From: Okamejei kenojei
Taxonomy: Eukaryota
DNA length: 64,000 nt
Direction of reading: 5' to 3'
NCBI GenBank assembly: GCA_035221665.1
Contig: CM069160.1
Coordinates: forward strand, 15,190,001 to 15,254,000
Shown here in pieces: positions 12,164-26,065 of the stretch. The notes below the pieces were generated by a model. It was given only the letters and a program-made list of their open reading frames with translations. It did not search any database and was not told the origin of the DNA. Positions within the stretch are counted from its first letter, which is position 1. Each line of letters begins with the position of its first letter. Both the position numbers and the translations under genes were made by a program.

Positions 12164-12333
12164 CGCCTCCAATGTCTTCAATGACGGAGCTCCTGGAAAG
12201 GTGAGATGATTCTCAGCTGCTGGATTTGACAAATCATTACCGCCAGAGGCTGGAAGAGGCGATTCAAGAGGCGGTGGAGAATGTCGTCTTCGTTCTAGCA
12301 TACAAGAGATATTTCAGTGAGCAAGAGTACAAG
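12164..12333 (+). pseudogene. NLR N-terminal (death-fold/CARD-like) exon with in-frame stop
   Basis: Acceptor tttttcatcacag and donor AAG|gtagg; reads PMSSMTELLER*DDSQLLDLTNHYRQRLEEAIQEAVENVVFVLAYKRYFSEQEYK, resembling cartilaginous-fish NLR N-termini; TGA 12202-12204 where W is expected. Confidence 0.7.
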
Positions 12334-12744
12334 GTAGGCAGAGGAATGGATGAGTGGGTAACTTCAGCTGATGCTCAAATGTTTTCATGCGCAAATATTG
12401 TGGGCCGAAGGGTCCATTCTTGTGCTGTACTGCTTGTAATGAGTCGAGTCGTATGCACGTCAATGTACAACACATGTTTATTAAAGTCCACTCACTCACA
12501 GCATTCATCTGCATGGTGTTACAGTAACTAGCAGCTTCTCAAATTACCAATAAACATAATATTACATAGTGTCCAAGCAAAGATACTATAAACATACTAT
12601 AAACATAGTAAACACAACTTGTTCCCCCGCAACGCTGATTACATTGCGAGAGGCATAACTGAAATCGGGTCAGGCTTACTGAAATGGAGGAAGTTACGCT
12701 CCGTCGCGTACTACACGTCAGTCCAATGGTTTTTGCAGGAGTTA

Positions 12745-15264
12745 AGTCAAGTCACATTTATTTATATAACACATTTAAAAAACAACTCTCGTTGACCAAA
12801 ATGCTTTACATTTGTTATAATAGCAGTATACACAAGCAGGCTACATACATATATACAAATAGCCCTCGCTCAGAGGACATCAGGAAAGGCTTGGGAGAAC
12901 AGATACGTTTTTAGACTTGACTTAAAGGAGTCGATGGAGGGGGCAGTTCTAATGGGGAGGGGGATGCTGTTCCACAGTCTAGGAGCTGCGTTCGCCCATG
13001 AGCTTATGCCTAGACCGCGGGACATTCAGCAACCCCAAGTCGGCTGATCTGAGGGACCTGGAGGTGGTGTAGTGGGTGAGAAGACTTTTAATGTAGGTGG
13101 GTGCAAGCCCATTGAGGGCTTTGTAGACAAAGAGGAGGGTCTTGAAATTTATTCGGAACTGCACAGGGAGCCAGTGGAGAGAGGCCAGGATCGGGGTGAT
13201 GTGGTCCCTTTTTCGGGTGCCCGTCAGGAGTCTCGCTGCGGCATTTTGGACCAGTTGCAGGTGGGACAGGGAAGATTGGCTGATGCCAGTGTAAAGGGAG
13301 TTGCAGTAATCTAGGCAGGAGGAGATAAATGTATGGATGATCTTTTCGAGGTCATCAAAGTGGAGGAATTTTATTTTAGCTATCATCCGAATCTGAAAGA
13401 AGCTAGCTTTTACCACGGCATTGACTTGTTTGTCAAACTTCAGTGCTGAGTCAAATATCACGCCAAGGTTTTTGACGTGTGGTTTGAGTAGTGGGCTAAG
13501 GCTTCCAAGGCTGCCTGCTATCATTTTGATTGAGTCCGAGGGGCCGAGAAGGATGACCTCAGACTTACTCTTGTGTAGTTGGAGGAAGTTCTGGGCCATC
13601 CAGCACTTTATATCCTCAAGGTAGTAAGTAAGGTTAAGCAGATTTGATTGTTTTTTGGGCTTCAGGGGGAGATACAGTTGTGTATCGTCTGCGTAGCAAT
13701 GGAAGGAAATGCCGTGCCTTTCAATGACTTGGCCTAAGGGGAGCATATACAGGGAGAAGAGAATGGGGCCAAGGATGGAACCTTGTCGAACCCCACAGCA
13801 GAGACTAGCTGGGGAGGAGAAAGTTTCCTATGTTGGTAGAGAAACTCCTACCTTTTGAGGAAGGAGATGAACCAGCTCAGGACAGTGCTGTCAATAACAA
13901 CCCCATACCGGAGACTGTCAATTAGGATGGTGTGGTCGACAGTGTCAAATGCTGCGCTGAGGTCAAGAAGTAGCAGGATTGCACAGTCGCCGGAGTCGAC
14001 GGTGAGCAGTAAGTCATTATTTACCTTCAACAAGGCAGACTGTGCTGCGCTGGGCCCTGAAACCTGATTGGAAAGTTTCCAAAATAATATTTTGGTGAAC
14101 GCAAGGCATAAGTTGACTTAAGATTACCTTTTCAAGGGCATTTGAGAGGAAAGGCAGTTTAGAAATGGGTCTGTAGTTGCTTGGCAAGGTGGGGTCGAGG
14201 TTAGGTTTTTTCAGGAGTGGCTGGACCACCGCATGCTTGAAGCAGGTAGGAACAGTGCCAGTGGCCAGAGAACTGTTGAAGATGGCGAGGATACTGGGAC
14301 CGGCTATTATGATGACGACCATTAGGAGGGCAGAGCGGACAGTGTCGAGGGGCAGGTGGTAGGTTTCATGGTGGTGACCAGTTTTACAAGGGAGGGTAGA
14401 GTAACGGGTTGGAAAAATTCTAATTTTGAAGAACAGACCAATGAGACAGCCAGGTCACGGGTGGGAGGGGAAATATTCGTTCTTAGGTTCTTTACCTTGG
14501 TGGTGCAAAATGTAGTAAATTCCTCGCACTTAGTCGGGGACCCGGTTAAGCTGGTGCTGGGGGCAGGAGAAATGATGGAGGTGGTGCTATAAAGGACCTT
14601 GGAATTATGAGCATTTTTGGAGATAAGGGTGGAAAAGTAATTTGTTCTTGTGGATTTTACTGCTTCCTGGTATTTGAAGGTTGTTTTTCAGGAGTTCGAA
14701 GGAAATTTGAAGCTTATCAGATTTGTACTTCCGTTCTGATTTTCTGCATTCTCTTCTTAGAGCTCTGCTGGTGTAATTGAGCCAGGCTTAGGCTTTTTCA
14801 TTTTAAGAGGAGCAACAGAATCCAGGATGGAAGAGCAAGTAGTATTGAATAGAGAAATGAGGTCGTCGGTGCTGAGGTGGGGGGTAGACGCCTCAATAGT
14901 GCAGATGTCGGGGGCAGCTATGAGAGCCTCAGAGAACTTACTGGCCGTTGTCGAGTTAACATAGCGGGAGTAGCGACCAGGGAGATGGGACTTTGAGGGA
15001 GAGAAAGACAGAGATATATCGAATATAATAGCATTGATCATCAATATATCTGTGTTACAAGTTGGGAGACCAGACGACAGCACTAGGTCTAGTGTATGGC
15101 CAAGCTTGTGCGTGGGTCCAATGGTGAGTAGAGACAGACTGACGGACTCAACCAGGTTCATAAATTCACTCACTAGAGGCTTTGTGCGACAGCAGACATG
15201 AATGTTAAAGTCACCAAGAATCAGGACCAGGTCAAATTTGGGCAACAAGCTAGCGATAAGATCA
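12745..15264 (-). mobile_element. L2-clade LINE, 3' part (RT and part of APE), degenerate
   Basis: FHCYADDTQLY, LLDLSAAFDTVDH, NYRPISKLPF, ILGDFNIH; continues at 22933-23184 beyond the nested L1. Confidence 0.9.
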
Positions 15265-17013
15265 CCAAATTGTGAGATTTAAAAAAAAATTAAATTTATT
15301 TATTAGAAGTACATTTAATGGTACCTTTTTACAGGTTCCCAGAATTATTAAAACATTCTTTGTACAACTTCATTTTTTGTTTTAGAAAGAAATAAGAAAG
15401 AAAGAAGTAGAAGAGTAAATAATAGTCTAGTGAGTGTAGTGTCAAGAAAGAAATAAGTGAGAAAGTGAAGCAGAAAGGAGATTCTCCCATGCCACAAGTC
15501 GATGTTTTTTTAAAAATATTCTTTATCATTTTTCACTCAAATCCAGAATTTTTAATTTTACGATGCTATAGCACCACATGAATCCACAAGGTCAATAAAT
15601 GGAGATCAACTCGTTAAGAATTGGTCTTTTTTTTCTATTAGGAGGAATCTCATTTCTTCCGAATGGCCCGTTTCCAACATATTACCAATCCACATTTTGA
15701 GTGTTGGTATAGTAGCCTTTTCCCAGAATTTAAGTATGAGTTTTTTCGCGATTATTAAACCATAATTAAAAAAATGAGATTTGGGATATATTTAATTTGT
15801 TTCCATCTCCTATTACTCCAAAGATAATAATTTCCATGCTAGGTTCCATTTTTATCTTAAATAAACTAGTGAATATATCAAATATATCACACAAATCTTT
15901 GAAGTTTTGTGCAAGAAACGAAAGAATGTGTGAAATTGGCATTTTGAGAAAGTCATTTATCACAGATGGGAGAAATATTTGAATAACATTTATTCAACCT
16001 AACTTTTGAATATAATCTGTGTAATATTTTAAATTGAATTAAATTATGTCTAGTGTTAATCGAACATTTATGTATATATAAAATACCTCTCCCATGTTTC
16101 TTTAGAAATTTTTATCATTAAATCTTTTTCCCAGTCTTCTCTAATTGCCTCTGTTGATGGCAATTCTCCATTAAGAATACTGTTATATAGATATGATATT
16201 AATTTTTGTGAGTCTGCCTTAATGTTCATTGCTTCTTCCGGTGGGTCTATCGTTATATTCTGTAATCTTGGTATATATTTTTTTTATAAAGTCACATACC
16301 TGTAAATATTTAAAGTATTGGTTATTATTCAGATTAAATTTTGATTTTAATTGTTGAAATGATAATAAATTTCCCATTTCATAGATGTCACCCAACTTTT
16401 TAATTCCCAATCTTTCCCATTGTCTATATGTTTTATCCATAAAAGATGGTTTAAATACCGGATTATTCACTATTGGTGTTAATGATGATAAGTGTCTTAA
16501 TTTTAAAGTTAATTTTATTTGTTTCCAAATTAGAATTATATTGTGTATGATTGGAATCTTCTTATATAATATATTATTCAATTTTATCGGGGAGAAGAGG
16601 ATCGCTCCTAAATCGTAAGGAAAACAATTCTCTTTCTCTATTCTTATCCATTCCATCTGTTGAGAAGGACAATCCAACCAATAAATAATATTCTTAATAT
16701 GCACTGCCCATTAATAATATAAAAAATTAGGCAGTGCAAGTCCCCCTACATCTTTAGGTTTACACAAATGATTTCTTTTAATTCTATGTGCTTTGTAGTC
16801 CCATATAAAATTAGAGTCTAGTTTAAAAAAATAGTTTAAAAAAAAATATTTTGGTATATATATTGGTATGGATTTAAATAAATATATTATTGTGGTAGCA
16901 CTATCATTTTTATAGCATTTATTCTGCCAATTAATGATAGTGGGAGCGTTTCCCAAAATCTAATCAGAGCGTTCAATTTATTTAACAAAGGACTAAAATT
17001 AGCGTTAAATAAT

Positions 17014-17553
17014 AATATAATATTGACTGGCCTTGAGGGAGACACCAGGAATATTGCCCAAACTGAAATCATATTGCCCGAGTCAAAGACGAGGGCAATA
17101 TGATTTCAGTGCGGGCAATATTCCTGGTGTCTCCCGAAAGAAGCCAGTCAATATTATAATTATTACCTATCCCCACGTAAATTAAAATAATTCTGTCGTC
17201 GTCAAGAGACGCGAATCTCGCACTGCTGGAGGCAGCCATGTTTGTTTAGATGCCGTGACCTGATTCTTCGCGATTGGCCGCCGCTCCCCTTTAGCAACAG
17301 GCGCTGATTGGCCTCACCGTGTGAGATTCCTCTGATTGGCCGCCGCTCGCTTAACAACAGGCGCTGATTGGCCTCCCCGTGAAACTGGATAAATCCTCTG
17401 ATTGGCCGCTGCTCCCCTTTAGCAAAAGTCAATGGCGAAAACCGGAAGAAGAAAAATATCAAGTAATATTGCCCGCCGGAAACTGCGCGTTTTTGGACCT
17501 GTCAAAATACCAACTAATATTGCCCGGTAAAACTACCTGGTATAGGTAATAAT
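17014..17553. mobile_element. 540-bp non-autonomous element with a 143-nt terminal palindrome, inserted in L1 ORF2
   Basis: Interrupts L1 peptide RYKSL|FNANF; imperfect palindrome 17016-17158; AATAAT at both junctions. Confidence 0.75.
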
Positions 17554-19781
17554 GATTTATATCTTCTGGTAACTTGAATACCTAAATACTTACATTTTTC
17601 CGTTGCAATTTTAAATGGAAATTTTAATAGATGATTCGCTTTCTGGGGCTGTAATGACATAATTTCACTTTTATTCCGATTTATTCTATATCCAGAAAAG
17701 GAGCCAAATTCCTCTGTTACATTTAATAAATTCGGGATACTCGCTTCTGAATTTCTAATATATAAAAGTATATCATCCGCGTATAATGAAATTTTGTTAT
17801 TCGAGTCCTTAGTATTATATCCCTGAATATTCGGATGTGTTCTTATCCTTTCAGCCAGAGGCTCTATCATAAGGGCAAATAGCAGGGGTGTTAAAACACA
17901 TCCCTGCCTATTGCCCCGTGATAATTGGAATTTTGGTGACAACATATTATTAGTTAATATTCTTGCCGTTGGATTATCATATAATAATTTTACCCATCTA
18001 ATAAAATTATCTCCCATATTAAATTTTTGGAGTACTATGTATAAATACTGCCAATCTACCTGATCAAATGCTTTCTCTGCATCCAAAGATATAACTGATA
18101 AGTTCCTTTTCCCCTTTATGTGAACACATTATATTAAAAAGTCGTCTCAAATTGTTAAATGATTGTCTTTTGGGTATAAACCCCGTATGGTCCTGGTTTA
18201 TCAATTTATTAATATATTTGCTCAATTTTCTCGCTAAAATCTTTGCAACATATTTTGATCTGTATTTAAAAGTGATATAGCTCTATACGAGCCCGGATCT
18301 TCTAGATCTTTACCTTTTTTTGGTATAAGTGTAATTGTAGATTCTGCTAAAGTTTCTGGTAATTTCTTTTCGGTAAAAGCATAACCGTATAATTTAAATA
18401 ATCGTGGGACCATTAACTCCTGAAATCTTTTATAGAATTCATTATTAAAACCATCAGGCCCTGGTGTCTTCCCATTTTTCAGTTCTTTTATTGTTTCTCT
18501 TATTTTTTCACTTGTAATCTGAGCTCCTAATTCCTCTTGTTCGAAGATATCCAATTTTGGCAAGTTACTCTTATCTAAAAAATTTATAATTTTATTGTCT
18601 TCAATGTTAGTGTTAGATGTATATAAATTTTGATAAAATTGAGCAACCCTTTTGTTAATGTCCTTAGAGTTAATAGTTCCCCGTTCTTTGATTTAATTTT
18701 ACTAATTGTTTTTTCCTTTTCTTGCTTCTTCAATTGTCGTGCTAGAAGTTTATGTGGTTTATCCACAAATTCAAACTGTACTTGTTTTGTGATCTGAAAT
18801 AATCTTATTACTCCTGCCGATAATATTTGATTAAGTTTAAATTTCAATAATGTTATCTTATTATGTTTGTCTATGGTTGGGTCTTTTGCGTTTCCTAATT
18901 CTAATAATTTAATTTTCCTTTCTAATGTCCATTGTTCTGACCTGTTTTTATTATTTCGAAAACTTTGATACGAAATTATAACTCCACGAATGAATGCCTT
19001 AAAAGATTCCCATAATAGAAATGGTGAAATACCTGGTGTCTCGTTTGTTTCAAAAAAAAAAAAATTAATTTGTTGTTTTAAATACTTGTACCCTTGTGAG
19101 TGATTAGCTATTTGTGTGTTAAATCTCCAAAATAATTTTATACCTGGCATTCCCTCAATTTTAAAGTAAAGGTCAGCGGGGAGTGATCAGAAATAATACT
19201 ATTGTGGTATTTAGGATTAATCGTATATGGTATTAATTTTGTGTCCACTAAACAATAATCAATTCTTGAATAAGTTTTGTGTACTGTTGAGTAAAACGAA
19301 TATTCCCTTCCAGTTGGATTAACTATTCTCCATACATCTGTTACGTTAGTGTTTTTTTATTTTTTTTTTTTTTTTTAAGTGTTTAAGAATTCACTAGACT
19401 TGGATTTAGCACTTTAACCTTCCTTAATTTTATTGATTTGTCCAAGTATGGAAATCTATAAACACAGTTAAAGTTCCCTAGTATATATCAAAATAGATTG
19501 TGTACTAAATAAATAAAACTCAAAAAATATACAAACACGTAAAAAAAAAAAATAGACATTTTTATTTTGAAAATTATACTCATCTATTTTATCCATAATT
19601 TTCTTTAAAAATTGGGAATTATCAAAATTTGGTGCATAAATATTTATCAGAGGTGGTGGAGTGGAATAAATTTCTCCCGCCACTATCGTGTATCTTCCTT
19701 CTTTATCAGATATTGTATTCTTTAATATAAACGGTATACCTTTCCGAATAATAATAGCCGTTCCTCTAGCTTTAGCAGTAA

Positions 19782-20030
19782 ATCACACAGAGTGGTGAGT
19801 TTCTGGAATTCTCTGCCACAGAAGGTAGTTGAGGCCAGTTCATTGGCTATATTTAAGAGGGAGTTAGATGTGGCCCTTGTGGCTAAAGGGATCAGGGGGT
19901 ATGGAGAGAAGGCAGGTACAGGATATCGAGTTGGATGATCAGCCATGATTATATTGAATGGCGGTGCAGGGTCGCCAGTTTGGCAGGCCGAATGGCCTAC
20001 TCCTGCACCTATTTTCTATGTTTCTATGAC
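19782..20030 (+). mobile_element. CR1 3' fragment nested in the L1 endonuclease region
   Basis: ACACAGAGTGGTGAGT...GAATGGCCTACTCCTGCACC..TTCTATGTTTCTATG tail. Confidence 0.8.
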
Positions 20031-22932
20031 GAGTGATACGTTTGGCCTATCCAGTTTGCCCTTGTCTCATCTGTGTTTGTAGTTTTGTATGCGTTTCTTG
20101 CAGATGAATGTTATATTTCGGCGTCCTGAGATAAAGATTTTAAAATGGGCCATAATCTTGCCCGTTTTAATTGTTTCATTCGCTGCCCAGCCCTAATATT
20201 CCAACTACAAAATGTGACTCCTCCATTCGCGCTTTTTCCTTATTACCTGCATTATAAAAGGATTTTAGTGATGTTTCATTCATGTGTAAAATGTTACGGT
20301 CCCTCAGACTTTTGGGTATATGGGTATCATCCCACCTTCTGACGTCATTTTTACTTCTCCTCCGTATATTGAACACCTCCATAAGAAAAAGAGAACGAGT
20401 GTGTTGAACTCTCATCTTAGTGAGGAAAAAAAGATAAAATTGTTAAATATTTAGCCACAAATAGAAAAGTAAATACAACAACAAAAAACAAGGGAGTTAG
20501 AAAGGTTGGTATAAAATTGGTGTGACCATAATTCAGGACCTAGAAGCCTGCTATTGGGCTAAAAAATTGTTTAGATGGATTTGTACATCACAGCTTAAAG
20601 GATGTTATGTGTTACTGGTGAGGATGTTGAGGCCAGCCCCCTATTGGGATGGGTGGTAGGTATGGAATGGATGAGTTTGTGATTGATTGTTTGAGTGGAT
20701 GGCTTTCAAGAGTGATTTTCATATATATTCTTAAAATGTTTAATATATCTAAAGGAAAAAAAGTCATCTTTACTGTTTCGAGAACGTATTCTCTTTGCTA
20801 CCCCCAATATTTAAACCTTCGTATGTTACTTCTTCGGTATCCCCGAGTCATGGAAATTATAAAATCACAGGAGAAACACATGCACCCTGTCCCTGTTGAC
20901 ATATACAGTATTCACTTCATGCGTGTACCTTTAATATGTACCAGCCTGTTTCACAAGGGTTACATTTCTTATCTTAAATTACCAACCATCTTCCAGCCTC
21001 CAAAACCTCTGGAACTTTTCCTGATTCCATTAACGTCGCCTCTTCCTTCCCACAAAGTTTATGATGTATAGAATAATTAGTTCTTAATACCCCCTTTTTC
21101 ATTAATTGTAGGTGTTAGTGTAACATCCTGGAAATTGATATTTCATTTCATTTTTCTTTCGAGGAAGGAAATTAACCTTAATATATCTGTTAATAATAAT
21201 CATCTCTATATGACACCTTATCCATAAATCCATTAGGTTAATTACCTTGGTTTAATATTAGCTTATAAAATTAATATAATAGGCATAACACATTTAATTA
21301 GTATATTAGAGCTGATATAGTTAGCTAATTTCTTTTCGGTTATAATGTGTGTATATTATGTATTAATTAATACATTCTTTCTTAAGGTCCATTATTTTTC
21401 CTTGATTTTCTTTCCAAATCTGGATCGCGTTACTTCAAAATGTTCTCCTTTCAATTATTTCTCTTCCCCTTATCTGTTCAAGGTTGAAACCAGGGCATGT
21501 TCATTGCATACACATTCCTGACAGAAAGCCTGTCTGGTTAATGTCTAGAGCAGTTCCACCATCTTAATTTACAGCACAGTTTCCCAATAAAAATTTATTC
21601 ATCAACCTTTAACTTCTCTTTTTTCTATTTTCTTTACAAATTTCTTGTGCGTAATTTAAATGCCGAATCCGGGTCCGTAAAGGCGCGTTGAAAAGAGTTG
21701 TAATTAATTTCATCTTCGCTGGAAACACAACTCATATTTCACCTCTGATTTACCTTGCAGAATGCTGCTTGCTCTTTTAAAACTTATTCCTTTTCTCCAA
21801 TATTTACGCGTGGATAGTCCCTGTATGAATCTGACAGTCTCTCCATCAAATGTGAGCAGCCTCTCTCCCATGTCGGTATCATCTTCCTTTAAGGTTTATC
21901 CAGACTTGAAATGTCAAAAATTTCACAATAATCTGTCTTGGGGAAGCATTTGTTTCTCTTCTGAAGCGGGACCTACCCGATGTGGCCACATCGGAATCTC
22001 GGGTTTTCCTTCACACTTAAAGACATCTTTGAGTTTTTTTAGTAACAAGTTCGGTCAATAAAATTCCTTAACTCCTATTTGTCCCTCCTTTACTCTACAA
22101 TCCTCAAGTTCTGTCTCCTGTTGATATAGCTTCCAAAATCTTGAAAATTTATCTGTCGAATTTATTTAATTGCTCCCGATTAACCCTTATTCTTCTTTCA
22201 GGGTCGATCATTTCCCGAGACGATCTCACATATTTCAACCTTCATATCTTCTATTCGACTTATCAACTCCTTCAGTCAGTTCATCAAGTTTCTTATTTTA
22301 TCTCATGTTCCATTCTCGCAAAATTCCTGAGTGTGTCCTCTGATCAGATCGCGACAGCTGTTGCTTCAAAAAGTCAAAACTGTACCTTTGATGCGTCATC
22401 ACGCGCAGCATCTATTTTCTTGGAGAGATTAGCCTTCTGTTTTAGATAGCTTGTTCTCCACGTGTGTCTTTATTCATGTTAGTGAGAATTTTGGAGAATT
22501 CCTTAGTGAGATCTGTGGTAAGATCTTTAGTAAGATTAGCTCTTACCGTTTGTTTCCACTGCTTCATCTCTTTCTCCTTTTGTCCCTTTTGTCTCTCCTT
22601 TTGTAGCCATTTCAGATACTGCTTGTTGAGAATCAAATTCTTCGTCTAAGCTTTCAGTTGCTGTTTGGAGGGCTGCCAAATCTTCTTCCAGCAGGAATCT
22701 GATAGTTCCCGTTGATGTTTTCCCTTTTTCATCTAAAAGTCCTATTAAAACTCAAATTTTCTCGACACTGTCTGCTGATATCACTCCCACGACACCAAGC
22801 AGCCGCCAGTGGATGTTTTTAAAATCGGTCCCAACTTTAGAAACAGCTTTTTACACGATTTTAGCAGGAGCTGAATTCAATGCTGCACCTTCACCATTTC
22901 ATGATGCCACCGGAAGTCCCAAATTGTGAGAT

Positions 22933-23184
22933 AAAGTCCTTATTTGTTTTTGGGGGGGCGATACACCAGAACAATTAAAAGCGGACAGAATAGACCAACT
23001 ATGATAAGTTGATGTTCAAAACTGGAGACGTGATCAGCGTTTAGAAGGCGGCAGTTGAAATTCTGCTTAAACACAGTGGCTAGGCCCCCACCGCGACCTG
23101 AGAGCCTAGGCGAGCTGAAAAAGTTACAGGTATCAGGGCAGAGTTCCACGAGTGGAGCAAGCTCACCAGGATTAAGCCAGGTAT
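22933..23184 (-). mobile_element. 5' part of the split L2 (APE), 5'-truncated
   Basis: TWLNPGELAPLVELCP..GRGGGLATVF..VYRPPK; abuts the L1 TSD. Confidence 0.8.
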
Positions 23185-23564
23185 AGTTGTCTATTTTGCT
23201 CTGCTCTAGTATCTTTGCTAATTACTTAAGCAGACCTGATAATATAAACCGCATAGTAGGCGGAGCTTCTACTAACAAGCACTACAATTGGTTAGTAAGA
23301 AGTAACCAATCTACACTTCTCTCTATAATTACAGCGCAGTCACAAAGAATATCCCATACAGTGGTGGTGAGTTTCTCAAACACGGCATTATATTCAGGAT
23401 GTGGTGCAATACACTGACACAACCCAAACGTTTCAATGATTCACATCGCTAGCAAATTTTCAAAACACTCGCGACACTATATTTATAAGCACATTTTACA
23501 TTTTTGGCATAATTAATAGGTGATCAACTTCTCTTTGCAGTCTTATATCCTTGCTTTCCACCAG

Positions 23565-24815
23565 GTAGACAAAAATGCTGGAGAAACTGTGGATGTTGTC
23601 TATAAGCAGTGGATGTTGTCTATATGGATTTCAGTAAGGCCTTTGACAAGGTTCCCCATGGAAGGTTGGTTAAGAAGGTTCAATCTTTGGGTGTTAATGG
23701 CAGAGTAGCAAGATGGATTCAACAGTGGCTGAATGGGAGATGTCAGAGTAATGGTGGATGGCTGTTTGTCAGGTTGGAAGCCGGTGACCAGTGGGGTGCC
23801 TCAGGGATCTGTGTTGGGTCCACTGTTGTTTGTCATGTACATCAATGATCTGGAGGATGGGGTGGAAAATTGGATAAGTAAGTATGCAGATGATACTAAG
23901 ATAGGTGGTGTTGTGGATAATGAAGTAGATTTTAAAAGTCTAGAGAGAGAGATTTGGGCCATTTGGAAAGTGGGTCTGAAAGATGGCAGATGGAGTTTAA
24001 TGCTGATAAGTGTGAAGTGCTACATCTTGCAGGGACAAATCAAAAATAGGACGTACATGGTAAATGGTAGGGAATTGAGGAATGCTGTGGAACAGAGGGA
24101 TCTAGGAATAACTGTGCATAGTTCCCTGAAGGTGGAATCTTGCATGTAGATAGGGTGGTAAAGAAAGCTTTTGGTGTGCTGGCCTTTATAAATCAGGAGC
24201 ATTGAATATAGGAGTAGGGAAGTAATGTTAAAATTGTACAAGGATTGGTAAGACCAATTCTGGAGTATGGTGTACAATTTTGGTCGCCTAATTATAGGAA
24301 GGATGTCAACAAAATAGTGAGAGTACAGAGGAGATTTACTAGAATGTTGCCTGGGTTCAGCAAACTAAGTTACAGAGAAAGGTTGAACAAGTTAGGTCTT
24401 TATTCTTTGGAGCGCAGAATAATTAAGGGGGGACTTGATTGAGGTCTTTAAAATGATGAAAGGATAGACAGAGTTGACGTGGATAAGCTTTTCCCATGGG
24501 AGGGTAGGGAAAGATTCAAAAACAAGAGGGCATGACATGAGAATTAAGGGACAGAAGTTTAGGGGTAACATGAGGGGGATCTTCTTTACTCAGAGAGTGG
24601 TGGCTGTGTGGAATAAGCTTCCAGCAGAAGTGGTGGAGGCAGGATCGATTTTAACATTTAAAAGTAAAGTGGATAGGTATATGGACGGGGAGGGAATGGA
24701 GGGGTATGGTCTGAGTGCAGGTAGATGGGACTAGGGGAAAATAAATGGTCGGCACGGACTGGAAGGGCCGACAGGGCCTGTTTCCGTGCTGTAATTGTTA
24801 TATGGTTATATGGTT
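23565..24815 (+). mobile_element. CR1 LINE, 5'-truncated, frameshifted RT
   Basis: DFSKAFDKVPH, SGVPQGSVLGP, KYADDTK, FFTQRVVAVWNKLP; TATATGGT tail. Confidence 0.9.
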
Positions 24816-25703
24816 GAACTCAGCGGGTGAGGCAGCATCTATGGAGTGAAGGAAATAGGCAACGTTTCGGGTCGAGACCCTGCTTCAGACTGATGTAAGG
24901 GTGGGGGGGAAGAAGGAAAGAAAAGGCGGAGACAGTGGGCTGAGGGAGAGCTGGGAAGGGGAGGAGAATGCAAGGACTATCCGAAATTGGAGAAGTCAAT
25001 GTTCATACCGCTGGGGTGTAAACTGCCCAATCAAAATATGAGGTGCTGCTCCTCCAATTTGCGGTGGGCCTCACTCTGGCCAAGGAGGAGGCCCAGGACA
25101 GAAATGTTGGATTGGGAATGGGAGAGGGCGTTGAAGTGCTGAGCCACCGGGAGATCAGGTTGGTTTTTTGCGAACCGAGCGGAGGTGTTGGACGAAGTGA
25201 TCGCCAAGCCTATGCTTGGTTTCACCGATGTAGAGCAGCTGACACCTAGAGCAGCGGATGCAATAGATGAGGTTGGAGGAGGTGCAGGTGAACCTCTGCC
25301 GCACCTGGAAAGACTGCTTGCGACAAGTGTAGCATTTCCTGCGGTTGCAAGGTAAAGTACCAGGGGAGAGGGTGGTTTGGGTGGGAAGGGACGAATTGAC
25401 CAGGGTGTTACGGAGGGAGCGGTCTTTGCGGAAAGCCGACGGGAGGAGATGGGAACTTGTGGCCAGTGGTGGGATCACGTTGGAGCTGGTGAAAATGTCG
25501 GAGGATTATCTGTGGTATGTGACGGCTGGTAGGGTGGAAGGTGAGGACTAGGGGGACTCTGCCCTTGTTACAAGTGGGGGGGGGTGGGGAGTGAGAGCAG
25601 AGTTACGGGGTATAGAAGGGACCCTGGTGAGAGCCTCATCTACAGTAGAAGAGGGGAACCCCCGTTCCCTGAAGAATGAGGACATTTCCGATGCCCTGGT
25701 CTG
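24816..25703 (-). mobile_element. Penelope-like element 3' part
   Basis: ORF 25155-25478 AFRKDRSLR..YIGETKHRLGDHF; ERGFPSS..; hammerhead-like motif 24861-24888. Confidence 0.85.
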
Positions 25704-26065
25704 GAATCCACCAGAGTCATGGTTAATCTTCTCCGCTAAATGGATACAGTTTTCACCATCAACCCGCAGCAAGAGTGGGGGCCGCTGATGATAAAGTCAC
25801 ATCCGGGATCCTGCAGGTCCCCCCCGCTGCAATTCCCTCGTCCCCCACTGCAAGGCAGGCAGCACCGGATATCCGGCATCCGCAGCAGCACCGCGTGCCC
25901 AGGTCACGTGACAGCGGGCAGGGCCTCCTCTGACGTCACCGCCCGGCCGGCCTGGGAAGCGTCGGGGTTTAAAGTGGAGGTAGGGCGGCCGTTTAAAGGG
26001 GAGGGCGGGGAATCGACCAACAATATTCCGGTCCTCAAGGCGGTGACGTTTACACCCCGAGATGT

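Larger units (their letters stand above)
15279..22918 (-). mobile_element. Full-length degenerate L1-clade LINE nested in the L2
   Basis: 14-bp TSD CCAAATTGTGAGAT at 15265-15278 and 22919-22932; 5' end GACTTCCGG; ORF2 pieces NIYAPN, GKTPGPDGF, DAEKAFD, GNRQGC, LYADDILL; coiled-coil ORF1 remnant 22442-22636. Confidence 0.9.

Noticed and set aside
12202-12204. Selenocysteine or readthrough at in-frame TGA codons of NLR exons (also 26370-26372)
   Set aside because: Single-base nonsense changes (TGG or CGA to TGA) explain them; the minus-strand NLR also has TAG stops, frameshifts and a deletion
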